Counted from the first letter of the stretch, positions 1-9,177 are shown. The stretch: 64,000 nt of DNA from Phycisphaerae bacterium (GCA_963666835.2 CAXXGO010000003.1:544001-608000), one strand, 5' to 3'. Program-made: numbers and translations. The notes: generated from the sequence alone by a model not told the origin.

Positions 1-1104
1 GTTAACTACGCTCGAACGTCCGTCCGGCTGACACCGCGGCGTCAACACCTTGGCGTGAATATCATGATAAACGGGATCATCGAAAAGAAGGTGGCTTCCG
101 CCGGTACGCGGATCAAACTCCCATAACCCATGCGTCTCACTGGCATCGGCCGGCCGACGGGACACCACAATACTCCCGCCCGGAAGCGGCGTCGGAGAAT
201 GGTACAACAGCGAAACATCGTTCGTTAGACTCCGGTAGGAGTGATGATTGCGTCGAACCGAGACGGCCGCAAGCTGCCCCGCTCCGTCCCAGCCGACCCG
301 GTCCGCCTCGACGAACACCACCAGTCCGTCCTCGGTTGCGCAGGGCATGTGTTTGATTCGGCGCCCTTGATCGCCGCAGAACAGAGCGTAATCAGCGCCA
401 TCCGTGTTCACTCCGAAAAGCGATATGCGTCCCCAGAAACCGCGACGCAAATCCGCCCGTTGGCCGCCGGCGTGCAGAACCCGCCCATCGTTCATCAGGA
501 ACGGATCCAAGTCATCGCTGAGGTTCGCCGTCAACCGCCGCATCGATGTGCCATCCAACCGGCAACTGTAGAGGCTCATCGCGGCGCCGGAGCCCCACTC
601 GTTCAACGCCCCCGCAGCATCGCTGGCGAACATCACCTGAAACCACGGTTCGGTCGAGACAATGGTGTAGAGCGTAGACTGATAGGCAGGCTGGCGGCAA
701 TTGCCGTGATCTCGCGTGACTTGGCGCTTCCCAGTTCCGTCGGCGTTCATCTCCCAAATGTCCCAGGGATCCCCCTGCCGCCGTTTCGCCGCAAAGAGGA
801 TCCGGTCGGCGTCAAACGAGACGTCCAACTCCCCCGCGCCGGCGAACTGCTCGGTAAGAACGCGCAGCCGCCCGTCCGGTTCCAGGCGAACGATTCGCCC
901 GCCGTCACCATAATCGGCCCGGAGCATTCCCCCTGCCCGCCCGGACAGACCCCGGCTCGCCGTCACCGGAAGCTGCAGAAAGACCACCGGGTGCTCCAAG
1001 GGATAGTCAGAGCTCGGCAAAGCCTGCACCAGACCCGCCCCCGAACCGACGACAACAATCGCCGCAGCCAAGACGGACCGATATCCCTTCAACACTCCGC
1101 TCAT
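1..1104 (-). CDS. Secreted TolB-like beta-propeller protein, hydrazine synthase alpha subunit (HzsA)-related; 3' part lies outside the window
   Basis: Not in the ORF track. Manual translation from ATG at 1104 is open to base 1 (368 codons): MSGVLKGYRSVLAAAIVVVGSGAGLVQA (signal peptide)...LDVSFDADRILFAAK...WDIWEMNADGTGKRQVT...LYSCRLDGTSMRRLTANLSDDLDPFLMNDGRVL...SLFGVNTDG...YHSPTPLPGG...LFDDPVYHDIHAKVLTPR, motifs typical of HzsA-like propellers. Confidence 0.8.
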   Translation of the reverse strand, partial: MSGVLKGYRSVLAAAIVVVGSGAGLVQALPSSDYPLEHPVVFLQLPVTASRGLSGRAGGMLRADYGDGGRIVRLEPDGRLRVLTEQFAGAGELDVSFDADRILFAAKRRQGDPWDIWEMNADGTGKRQVTRDHGNCRQPAYQSTLYTIVSTEPWFQVMFASDAAGALNEWGSGAAMSLYSCRLDGTSMRRLTANLSDDLDPFLMNDGRVLHAGGQRADLRRGFWGRISLFGVNTDGADYALFCGDQGRRIKHMPCATEDGLVVFVEADRVGWDGAGQLAAVSVRRNHHSYRSLTNDVSLLYHSPTPLPGGSIVVSRRPADASETHGLWEFDPRTGGSHLLFDDPVYHDIHAKVLTPRCQPDGRSSVVN

Positions 1105-1402
1105 TTCCTATGTCTGCCCCCCTGCAATACGGGGTTCCTGAACCAAAGCCGCGAACACACCCGCAAGGAGCGAGTCTGATAAGTTTACCCCAACCGCGCA
1201 AGCCGAACCAGCATTATCACCGCGGAGCCGTTACCACGAGTTGCGGGTTTACCTGGCCCCGATATGCGCCGGCGCCGAAGACACCGCACCGCACGAAAGC
1301 GCGGCAGGCCGGATTCGTGCCAGACTGTCCTCCGATTGCCGACGGGAGACGATCGAGCGCCACCGTTATCACTTGGCCTGTCCGCCCGGGTCCCATCATT
1401 CC

Positions 1403-3454
1403 CTATCGCGGACTGCTGATGTGCTCGGTGAAAACCCGGTAGTCAGACAGGTCAATGTCCTGGTCGTCGTCGAAATCGAACTTCAGCCAGTACTTCAGGT
1501 CCGGCTCCTCGTATTGGGGCCACTCCTTGCTACCGCTGAAGCCGGTTTGCATGACGGCGAAATCTCTCAGATCGAGATCGCCGTCATCGTTGAAGTCCCC
1601 AAGCAAACACCCCTCGCGGCAAGGATCGGCAATACAATCCGGAACGCCGTTCTGTAACACGCACAAGTCTGGCGGGTAGTCCATCAGACAGTAGGTTCCG
1701 TCACTCCAGCAGCACTCCCCAAACAGCGGGCAAACGCAGACCCCGCCGGCGGTAGTCTCCGGGCAGAGATCTAAGCAGTCGTCGAGCCCGTCACCGTCAG
1801 TATCCGCAGGAAAAACGCAATCGTCCGGGATTCCGTTGCCGTCACAGTCGTCCTCGCATCCGTCCGGAATCGTGTTGTCGTTGCAATCCCGGCACCACAA
1901 CGACTCATCACAGTCCCGAATATCGCATTGATCCGCGATGCCATTACCGTTGCAGTCCGGTTCGCACTCGTCCGGAACCACGTTATTGTTACAGTCGATA
2001 CTCCCGCCACAAGGCGGCTCGCAATCATCTGCATCGCAGTCGACGTCACACCGATCGGCAATACCGTTTCCGTTACAGTCAAGCGACTCGGGTCTTGGGC
2101 CGATACTGAGCCCCGTCATCTCCGCTGGTGATCCCGGCTTGAACAATCCGACCGTAACCGTAATCGGCCCGGGTACGATATTGGCATCAAAGGAGAAGCT
2201 ATACAGCGTACTGAAACGCAGAGCGTTGGCATTGGGATTCTCGGCGAAACTCTCGGTCGACCAGGTCAGCGCGCCGCCTTCTTCAACGCTTGGCCAGTCG
2301 TCACCGCTATATATCTCGCCGCTGTGATAATCTACATCGTGGAACGCTATGTTCGAGATAATCGCGCCCTCGGGAAGCGGTATGCTGAACGAACCGGCCG
2401 CCCGGTCGGTGTTCAGATTCTGCAATGCGTAGGAATACCGGTATTCGCCGGTCCCAAGGTCCACCGCCTTGGCCGCGAGAATCAGAAGCCCTTCACTGGG
2501 AATCTGTAGGTCCGTTTCGACCACGGCCGGGTCCGTATCTTGCCACGCGCGCACCGCCGGTTGTTCCCATTGCGTCTGTCCGGTCGGTGTCACTACGAAC
2601 TCGTGTGCTTCTGTCTTGGTCAACATGGCCGGGCGATACGAAGCGTTGTTAAAACCGTTCCCGGCCATGGCATCCGCCGCGGTCACATAGTGGCTTTGCA
2701 GGAAGTAAGCCGCACCAGCATTCAGAGCAGGATCCAGATCTTCTTCATGAACCTGCAGCCTCTTCCCGACGATCGGCTCCGGATCAGGCGCGGTCCATGG
2801 ATATGGAAAGTACCCGGTGAATACATTCACGTCCGACCGCCTACTCATATTGGTTTGGATACCGTTGATCGACGCAGAGTGCTCGTCAGAGCAACCTATT
2901 CCGAGCGCACTTCCGTCTGTCGGGTCTTCGCATTGCCCCGGCCAGTACCCACAGAAGTTCCACGACATGGCGTACAAACAATGCGAGCACCAACTCATTC
3001 CGATCTGTTGAAACTGATCGTTCTTGAGTTGGTACATGCTCTGCACGATGATTGGGTGGTTGTTGGTGTGCGCTACCCAGCTTACCCGAGCGTCCCCCAG
3101 ATTGCAGACACGCGTGCCGACAGCATAAGCGTGGATGTCCTCGTAGGCGCCGCTGCCGTGGCCGTAATACTGAACCGATTGAAGATCCGCGACGATGACA
3201 TCAGGGCCGCCCGTGCCGGCCACTCCGCCGACCCCGATAGACGGTTCCTCCGCTGCCGCGGCCCGTGAATCGAGCCTGCTCGTCTCAACGCGCTGCGGCT
3301 CAGTCGCTGTCTTCTCCGGAAGCGTATTGCTCGGGCTGAGTACGCCCGAATCCTCGTTGATCGCCCCGAGGCAAAGAGGCAGTCCGTACGACGCGGACAG
3401 ACCTGCCGCCAAGAGACTGATAACCACGCAGTCCAAACCGCAACGTCCCCTCAT
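1403..3454 (-). CDS. Secreted protein (~683 aa): putative lysyl-oxidase-like core with degenerate catalytic residues, Cys/Asp-rich DCNxNGxxDxC repeats, C-terminal dockerin-like EF-hand pair
   Basis: ORF 1403..3484, start moved to ATG 3454 after RBS AAGGAG; signal peptide; paralog of 3562..6159; tail GDFNDDGDLDLRDF...FDFDDDQDIDLSDY. Confidence 0.85.
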   Translation of the reverse strand: MRGRCGLDCVVISLLAAGLSASYGLPLCLGAINEDSGVLSPSNTLPEKTATEPQRVETSRLDSRAAAAEEPSIGVGGVAGTGGPDVIVADLQSVQYYGHGSGAYEDIHAYAVGTRVCNLGDARVSWVAHTNNHPIIVQSMYQLKNDQFQQIGMSWCSHCLYAMSWNFCGYWPGQCEDPTDGSALGIGCSDEHSASINGIQTNMSRRSDVNVFTGYFPYPWTAPDPEPIVGKRLQVHEEDLDPALNAGAAYFLQSHYVTAADAMAGNGFNNASYRPAMLTKTEAHEFVVTPTGQTQWEQPAVRAWQDTDPAVVETDLQIPSEGLLILAAKAVDLGTGEYRYSYALQNLNTDRAAGSFSIPLPEGAIISNIAFHDVDYHSGEIYSGDDWPSVEEGGALTWSTESFAENPNANALRFSTLYSFSFDANIVPGPITVTVGLFKPGSPAEMTGLSIGPRPESLDCNGNGIADRCDVDCDADDCEPPCGGSIDCNNNVVPDECEPDCNGNGIADQCDIRDCDESLWCRDCNDNTIPDGCEDDCDGNGIPDDCVFPADTDGDGLDDCLDLCPETTAGGVCVCPLFGECCWSDGTYCLMDYPPDLCVLQNGVPDCIADPCREGCLLGDFNDDGDLDLRDFAVMQTGFSGSKEWPQYEEPDLKYWLKFDFDDDQDIDLSDYRVFTEHISSPR

Positions 3455-3561
3455 CACATCGCTCCTTCCAGGGACACGGGCCATCCCCCCGGCAACCTCA
3501 ACCCGCCCTCCGGTTGTCAGCGCCCGGCAACTCAGGGCAACGGCGCCGAGCTCATCAGCGA

Positions 3562-6159
3562 TTATCGCGGACTGCTCATGTGGTCGGTGTAGATGCCGTA
3601 GTCCGACAGGTCGATGTCTATATCCTCATCGAAATCAAACTTCAGCCAATAGTCCTGGATGGGTTCTTCGTACTGGACCCAGTCCTTGCTGCCGCTGAAC
3701 CCGATCTGCATGACGGCAAAATCCCGCATATCGAGATCACCGTCATCGTCGAAGTCTCCGATCAGACACCCCTGGCGACAAGGATCTGCAAGGCAATCCG
3801 GTACACCGTTCTGCGTCACGCACAGGTCCAGCGGGTAGTCCTGTAGACAGTAGCTCCCGTTATTCCAACAGCACTCTCCTGACGGCGGGCAGTAACACAC
3901 CGCCCCCGGAGTTGTCAACGGGCAGAGATCCGAACAGTCATCGAGCCCGTCACCGTCGGTATCCGCAGGCGGCACGCAATCATCGGGAATCCCGTTGCCG
4001 TCGCAGTCGGCCTCACAGCCGTCCGGGACCGTGTTGCTATTGCAGTCCTGGCACCACAGCGATTCATCACAGTCCTGAATGTCACATTCATCCGCAATGT
4101 CATTACCGTTGCAGTCGGGCTCGCACTCGTCCGGAACGACATTGTCGTTACAGTCGATACTGCCGCCACAAGGCGGCTCACAGCCATCTGCATTGCAGTC
4201 AACATCACACTGGTCCGCAATACCGTTCCGGTTGCAGTCGATCAGAGCGAGTTTCGGCCCGATGCTCACCCCCGTCACCTCGGTCGGCGATCCCGGCTTG
4301 AACAGGCCCACCGTGATTGTAGTCGAAGCGGGTTCCACGTTGGCGTCAAAATAGAAACTGTACAGCGTGCTGAAACGCAAGGCATTGGCGTTGGGATTCT
4401 CAGCGTAGGTCTCGGTCGACCAGGTGAGCACACCGTCTCCTTCAACACCGAGCCAATCTTCATTGCTATATACCTCGCCACTGTGATAGTCCACATCATG
4501 AAATGTGATGTTCGACAGCACCGCACCATCGGGAAGCGGTACGCTGAATGAACCTGCCGCCCGATCGGAGTTGAGATTCTGCAGAGCGTAAGAGTAGCGA
4601 TACTCGCCGGTTCCGAGATCCACGGCCTTGGCGGCCAGAATCAGAAGCCCTTCACCCGGAATCTGCAAGTCGGTCTCGACTACGTCAGGGTCATTATCCT
4701 GCCACGCGCGCACTGCAGGCTGCTCCCGGTGCGTCTGGCCCGATGGAGTCACCACAAACTCGTGCGTACTCGGCTTGCTCAACGTGGCAGGACGGTACGA
4801 GGCATTGTTGAAATGGTTTCCGACCAGAGCGTCACCCGGGGTCACGTAATGGCCTTGTAGGAAATAGGACGCACCGGGGTTGAGGTCAGGATCGAGATCG
4901 CTCTCATGAACTTGCAGACGTTTGCCGACCGTCGGCTCCGGATCAGGCGCGGTCCACGGATACGGGAAGTACCCGGTGAATGCGTTTACGTCTGACCGCC
5001 GACTCATGTTGCTCTGAACGCCGTTGAGCGATGCGGCGTACGGGTCAGAGCAGCCTACGCCCAGCGCACTTCCGTCGGTCGGATCCTCACACCCGTCCGG
5101 CCAGTACCCGCAGAAGTTCCAGGAGACGGCGTAGAAACCGTGTTTGACCCAGCTCATTCCAATCTGCTCGAAACGGTTGTCTTTGAGCCGGTACATGTTC
5201 TGCACGATGACCGGATGCTGGTTGGTGTATGACACCCAGCTTGCCCGAACGTCCCCGAGGTTGCAGGCATGCGTACCGATAGCGTACGCGTGAATGTCTT
5301 CGTAGTCTCCGCTGCCGTGCCCGTAGTACTCAACAGTTTGCAGATCGGCGACGATAACGTCTGGCCCACTGGCGCTGGCTACTCCACCTCTGGGCACCGC
5401 CAACTCCTCGAAGGTCGGCCCCGCGTCTACCGCATCCTCCGGCGAAGCGGGCATGGCAACACCGTCAACACGCAACGAACCGATCTCGACGCCGGCTGCC
5501 TCGTGGATTCCGGATTCCATTGCCCACGCTTCGTTGACAAGAAGATCGCCGATGATGCTGAGTTCCTGCGTCGCCGCCACGAAATCCACCATTACCGACA
5601 AGAGCCCGAAGGACGCGTATTCCCCTCTCTCCGCGTCGAGTGTGCTCAACACGCGGTAGGCGCCGGACTTGTCAGCAACCAGCGCCAGGTTCCCGATTAC
5701 GACACGATCGCCGGACTTGTCCAAAAGGAACGCCCCGCTTGTCTGGATCCTGCCGCCGATAATGCCGCGAAACGCCTTGCCGGTCGCGTCAATCTGCAGT
5801 GTCGAGTCCGGCTCTATGTTGAATGACACGTGGTGACCATCACTGCTCTCTTCAACCGCCCCGCGAGCCACAAACCCCAAACCCAACTCCTGCAAGGTAA
5901 CTGGGTTAAAATCGAATCTTACCGTTCCTCCGCGGACAACATAACGAGCCGTCTCCGCCGTCGCGGTCTGGGTATCGATGCCCCGCCCCCCCGCGGACCG
6001 CGGCTTCGCCGCCGCGCTCTGCAAGGTCGGTTTGCTCCGGCTCAGCCCCGCCAACTCGTCTTTTAGCTGTTTCGCGCCACCGGGTGACGCCTGCCACACC
6101 CAAACCCCAACCGCCAGGACACCAATAACTACGCCAGCCAAAGCCAAACGCCGCGTCAT
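3562..6159 (-). CDS. Secreted/membrane-anchored protein (~865 aa): extra N-terminal domain, putative lysyl-oxidase-like core, Cys/Asp-rich repeats, dockerin-like tail
   Basis: ORF 3562..6198, start moved to ATG 6159 after AAGGAG (same aaggagcgatgt-n-atg context as its paralog); N-terminal hydrophobic helix; motifs GPDVIVAD, CNLGD, HPVIVQNMYRLKD, WVKHGF, GVGCSDPY, NNASY. Confidence 0.87.
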   Translation of the reverse strand: MTRRLALAGVVIGVLAVGVWVWQASPGGAKQLKDELAGLSRSKPTLQSAAAKPRSAGGRGIDTQTATAETARYVVRGGTVRFDFNPVTLQELGLGFVARGAVEESSDGHHVSFNIEPDSTLQIDATGKAFRGIIGGRIQTSGAFLLDKSGDRVVIGNLALVADKSGAYRVLSTLDAERGEYASFGLLSVMVDFVAATQELSIIGDLLVNEAWAMESGIHEAAGVEIGSLRVDGVAMPASPEDAVDAGPTFEELAVPRGGVASASGPDVIVADLQTVEYYGHGSGDYEDIHAYAIGTHACNLGDVRASWVSYTNQHPVIVQNMYRLKDNRFEQIGMSWVKHGFYAVSWNFCGYWPDGCEDPTDGSALGVGCSDPYAASLNGVQSNMSRRSDVNAFTGYFPYPWTAPDPEPTVGKRLQVHESDLDPDLNPGASYFLQGHYVTPGDALVGNHFNNASYRPATLSKPSTHEFVVTPSGQTHREQPAVRAWQDNDPDVVETDLQIPGEGLLILAAKAVDLGTGEYRYSYALQNLNSDRAAGSFSVPLPDGAVLSNITFHDVDYHSGEVYSNEDWLGVEGDGVLTWSTETYAENPNANALRFSTLYSFYFDANVEPASTTITVGLFKPGSPTEVTGVSIGPKLALIDCNRNGIADQCDVDCNADGCEPPCGGSIDCNDNVVPDECEPDCNGNDIADECDIQDCDESLWCQDCNSNTVPDGCEADCDGNGIPDDCVPPADTDGDGLDDCSDLCPLTTPGAVCYCPPSGECCWNNGSYCLQDYPLDLCVTQNGVPDCLADPCRQGCLIGDFDDDGDLDMRDFAVMQIGFSGSKDWVQYEEPIQDYWLKFDFDEDIDIDLSDYGIYTDHMSSPR

Positions 6160-6517
6160 GACATCGCTCCTTGTGGCGTCATAAGCCGACGCCGCCAATC
6201 TCAGTGCGCCCTTCTTACCCTCGCGTGATCTCGCTCCGCCTTGCGCTCGAGTCGTGCATCAGAACCATAACCCGTAGTCCCAGCCGAAACCCAACTGCAA
6301 ACTCGGCGTTACAACTGCGGAACACCTGCAGCAACCGGTCCAACGTACCAACTTCCGGATCGGCCCATTCTCCGGCCCTACGCACCCACACCCAACTGAT
6401 TCTTCGGCATAACTGCCGGCTACCGCCCAGCCAACGGCACGAGATGGGAACGGGGAGAAATAGCTCCGCCCCACTCGCGAAGCAGCCCACCCGGGTGTTC
6501 TTGCCAAACTACAACCA

Positions 6518-6546
6518 ATAATAACAGTATTTACAGGTTTTCGCAA
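6518..6546 (-). promoter_or_regulatory. Putative sigma70-type promoter for the paralog pair
   Basis: TTGCGA-N17-TATTAT with TG extension on the minus strand, in an AT-rich patch about 360 bp upstream of the 6159 start. Confidence 0.45.
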
Positions 6547-6757
6547 CGATGATCCGCTCGCCCCACCTCGGCAAGCCTAATCTTGTCACCCTGCCGTCGG
6601 TGTCGCCCACGACCGCCTCGGTACCACCCTGTTCGTTATTATAGGACTATCCCCCAGCGCCCCCGTTCGCAGATCCGTCCGGTCCTCACCTTAATGTGCC
6701 GACGGCGAGCGACACGCGAAAACCACACGGTGCGTGCCTGGCGCACCTGGGTCAAGC

Positions 6758-7423
6758 TCAGCTCAGCGGAAGGGGCAAAAGGCCGGCTCGCACCATGTCG
6801 TCTGCTCCCGACGCCAACGAATCCAAGAACCCGCTCAGATTCGCGTAGACCACGTCGGCGCCGGCTTGGTGAAGCCGCGCGGCGGCACAGACTCCACCGC
6901 TAATCCCGACCGTGAACAACCCGGCCTCTTGCGCGGCACGGACCACCGAATCAGTGGCTGCCAGGACTATGCAACGCGGGTCGCCCGCTCCGAGCACTTT
7001 GAGTTCGCCCGGCCTGCGTCTGGGGTCCGCGTTCAACTGTTCGAACTCTCCGCAATCCGCCAGCGCCGCCCGTTCCAGGACCTGGATCCGCCCCGGTTTA
7101 TTAGATCCCAGCGTAAGCAGGCATTTCGCCCCATAATTGGCAAGTGCCTGCACTATGTTGCCTGCCTGATCCTGCAGCTTGGCCAATGCTACGGAGGCAT
7201 CATCCTCAACTTGCCGATCGTATTGCAGGAAGTACTGCTTTAGCTTGGTGGGTTTAGCCCCACGCAGCAGATCTGCCGCTCTTCCCTTCGTTCGCGTTAT
7301 CCGCCAGAAAGACCGTTCGTCCAGGCACGACCAGCCGACTGCGCGTGCGGCCTCCTGGTGCGCGCGGAAGTGCATTGCTGCGACATCAGCCACCGGCCCG
7401 TCAAACTCCAATAGAAACCTCAC
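6758..7423 (-). CDS. HAD-superfamily hydrolase-like protein with atypical motif I
   Basis: GTG start with RBS GGGAG; FLLEFDGPVAD in place of DxDGT; C-terminal AAQEAGLFTVGISGG...LHQAGADVV typical of Gph-like HADs. Confidence 0.75.
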   Translation of the reverse strand: MRFLLEFDGPVADVAAMHFRAHQEAARAVGWSCLDERSFWRITRTKGRAADLLRGAKPTKLKQYFLQYDRQVEDDASVALAKLQDQAGNIVQALANYGAKCLLTLGSNKPGRIQVLERAALADCGEFEQLNADPRRRPGELKVLGAGDPRCIVLAATDSVVRAAQEAGLFTVGISGGVCAAARLHQAGADVVYANLSGFLDSLASGADDMVRAGLLPLPLS

Positions 7424-7525
7424 CCGGCCTCTCCCTTTCTTCGTCTCGGAATCCGCCGGAAGGGTATCGCCAAGCCCGCGATGTCGCCAACATGTTCTCG
7501 GAAGCTCAACCTTGCAGGAGGGCGC

Positions 7526-7557
7526 AAAAACAGGGGCAACCCCACCGGGCTGCCCCT
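7526..7557 (-). terminator. Rho-independent terminator
   Basis: Minus strand AGGGGCAGCCC-GGTG-GGGTTGCCCCT-GTTTTT downstream of the 7626 stop. Confidence 0.75.
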
Positions 7558-7625
7558 TGATGATTCGCTGGAAGGCTGACTGCCTCGGCGGGCACGCCTT
7601 CAGCTTCTACGGTGCTTTGCGAGTG

Positions 7626-8135
7626 CTACTTCGGGAAATTGAAGGTCTTGCCCTTCCACGTAGGCGACGTCGCAACCATGTAGGAACCACTCTTGGTCCG
7701 CGCGACGGCCTTAATCGTGTTCTTTCCGAACTTCGCATCCAGGACGTTCTTGCACGCCGCCGTGGTGCAGCTCTGAGGATTGAAGTTCTTGTGAGCCATG
7801 CGCGCCCACCGCATTAGCTGAGCCCGCGTGCAGGTCTGCACGACCGCGCCCTTGTTGATCCAATTCGCGAACGTATTCAACGTTGCGGGAGTCGGACGCG
7901 AGTACTTGGCCGGACCGCGAGTCTGATTGTACAGCGTCCGGTAAGAGTTAATCTTGGTGTTGAACGTATCATACACGGTCTTGTACTTCGAGGGGACGGC
8001 CGTCATCTTGGCCGTCTGCGTACGATTAGTCGTGGTGTGGCTCGTCCGCGTTCGTGAATAGGTGTTCCGTTTCCCCGTCGTCGTGGTCCTGCCCCGCGAC
8101 GTCCAACCGCTTCGTCCTCTTGTATTCGTTGCCAT
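7626..8135 (-). CDS. Hypothetical, extremely basic Thr/Arg/Lys-rich protein (169 aa)
   Basis: ATG 8135 with GGAG RBS, followed by its own terminator; by hand about 31 K+R versus 2 D and 0 E; no signal peptide or TM helix. Confidence 0.8.
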   Translation of the reverse strand: MATNTRGRSGWTSRGRTTTTGKRNTYSRTRTSHTTTNRTQTAKMTAVPSKYKTVYDTFNTKINSYRTLYNQTRGPAKYSRPTPATLNTFANWINKGAVVQTCTRAQLMRWARMAHKNFNPQSCTTAACKNVLDAKFGKNTIKAVARTKSGSYMVATSPTWKGKTFNFPK

Positions 8136-8601
8136 TGGCTGTGTCTCCAAAAGTACACGCTACAGTCTTAATACCGACGTTGGCGTACATCGGAACAGAC
8201 CGGGGGGCTCTTGAGGTATTGGCGTAATCTACCCGCTGATCAGATCGCGATCTGCGCTGCCCATCCGCCGTCCAGCAGCCCAATGCGCCGGCCGCAAAGG
8301 CTCGGCGCAGTTTCGCGGGTGGCGCAGATTAACGCTTAAAACAAGTGGTTTCTGCGCATCAAGCCCGTCGAGGTTCGGTCGCCGCGACGCCCAGAAGCCA
8401 ACGCTTGCGAGCTAATCACCGCCGAAACAACTTCGAAAAAAAAAGATCTGCCCATCGATTTTTTCTCGGGAAAAGCGGTCGAAACAGGCGAATCGGAGAA
8501 TGCGGGCCAGTCGTCCGTCACCTACCCCGAAGCGTAGCGACGACCGATCATTCGCGCGATCGAGCGGCCCTCGCGCAAATCGCAGATACCACCGATACTC
8601 A

Positions 8602-9177
8602 CTATCCACCCAGCAGCGAATCGTGCTCCCGGAGTGCCTTGATTGCTTCGAACAGGCGAGACTTCACCACCGACTCGGATAGTTCGAGAATCTCCGCGAT
8701 TTCAGCCCGAGATAAGGCCTCGACATACCGCAACCGCAGCACCTCTCGTTGCGTATCCGGGAGTCTGCCGACCAACTCGGTGATCCGGCACCTCATCTCG
8801 CTCCGCACCAGTCTGGTGAGGTTGCCGGTCATGGTTGCCTCAACCTGGGAGGCGGCGGGCAATTCCTGCCGGTCTTTCCGGCGCCCCTTCGTCCGAATGA
8901 TGTTGAGGCATTGGTTTCGAGCTATCTTGTATAGCCAAGGTCTGAACCTCTCCGGCGCCCGCCCCGCCGTAAGGACCTTGTACCAAATGTCCTGGATCGC
9001 GTCCTCAGCCTCCTCCATGCTACCGAGATAGCCCCAGCAGAACCGCAAAAGGGACTCGCGATAGGCAGCATCTAACAGTTCGGCCGCCGCGGTGACGTCG
9101 CCGCCTCGCAGAGCCCGTACCAGCGCACCGGTTTGGTCCGTTTCTCGCTCCTGACGGTCGGGCCTCTCCTGATCCAC
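8602..9177 (-). CDS. ECF RNA polymerase sigma-70 factor
   Basis: GTG 9177 with GGAGGAG RBS; region 2 EEAEDAIQD...FRPWLYKIARN; region 4 LPDTQREVLRLRY...EIAEILELSESVVKSRLFEA. Confidence 0.93.
   Translation of the reverse strand: MDQERPDRQERETDQTGALVRALRGGDVTAAAELLDAAYRESLLRFCWGYLGSMEEAEDAIQDIWYKVLTAGRAPERFRPWLYKIARNQCLNIIRTKGRRKDRQELPAASQVEATMTGNLTRLVRSEMRCRITELVGRLPDTQREVLRLRYVEALSRAEIAEILELSESVVKSRLFEAIKALREHDSLLGG

Noticed and set aside
1..1104. Evidence that the organism performs anammox
   Set aside because: HzsA-like propellers occur in non-anammox planctomycetes; no hzsB/C, hydrazine dehydrogenase or CxxCH motif is visible here
241..1179. 312-aa plus-strand ORF in the track
   Set aside because: Shadow of the minus-strand HzsA-like gene, which has a signal peptide and recognisable motifs
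1403..6159. Diversity-generating retroelement (template/variable repeat pair)
   Set aside because: Similarity spans whole genes, differences are not adenine-specific, and there is no reverse transcriptase in the window; ordinary tandem duplication fits better
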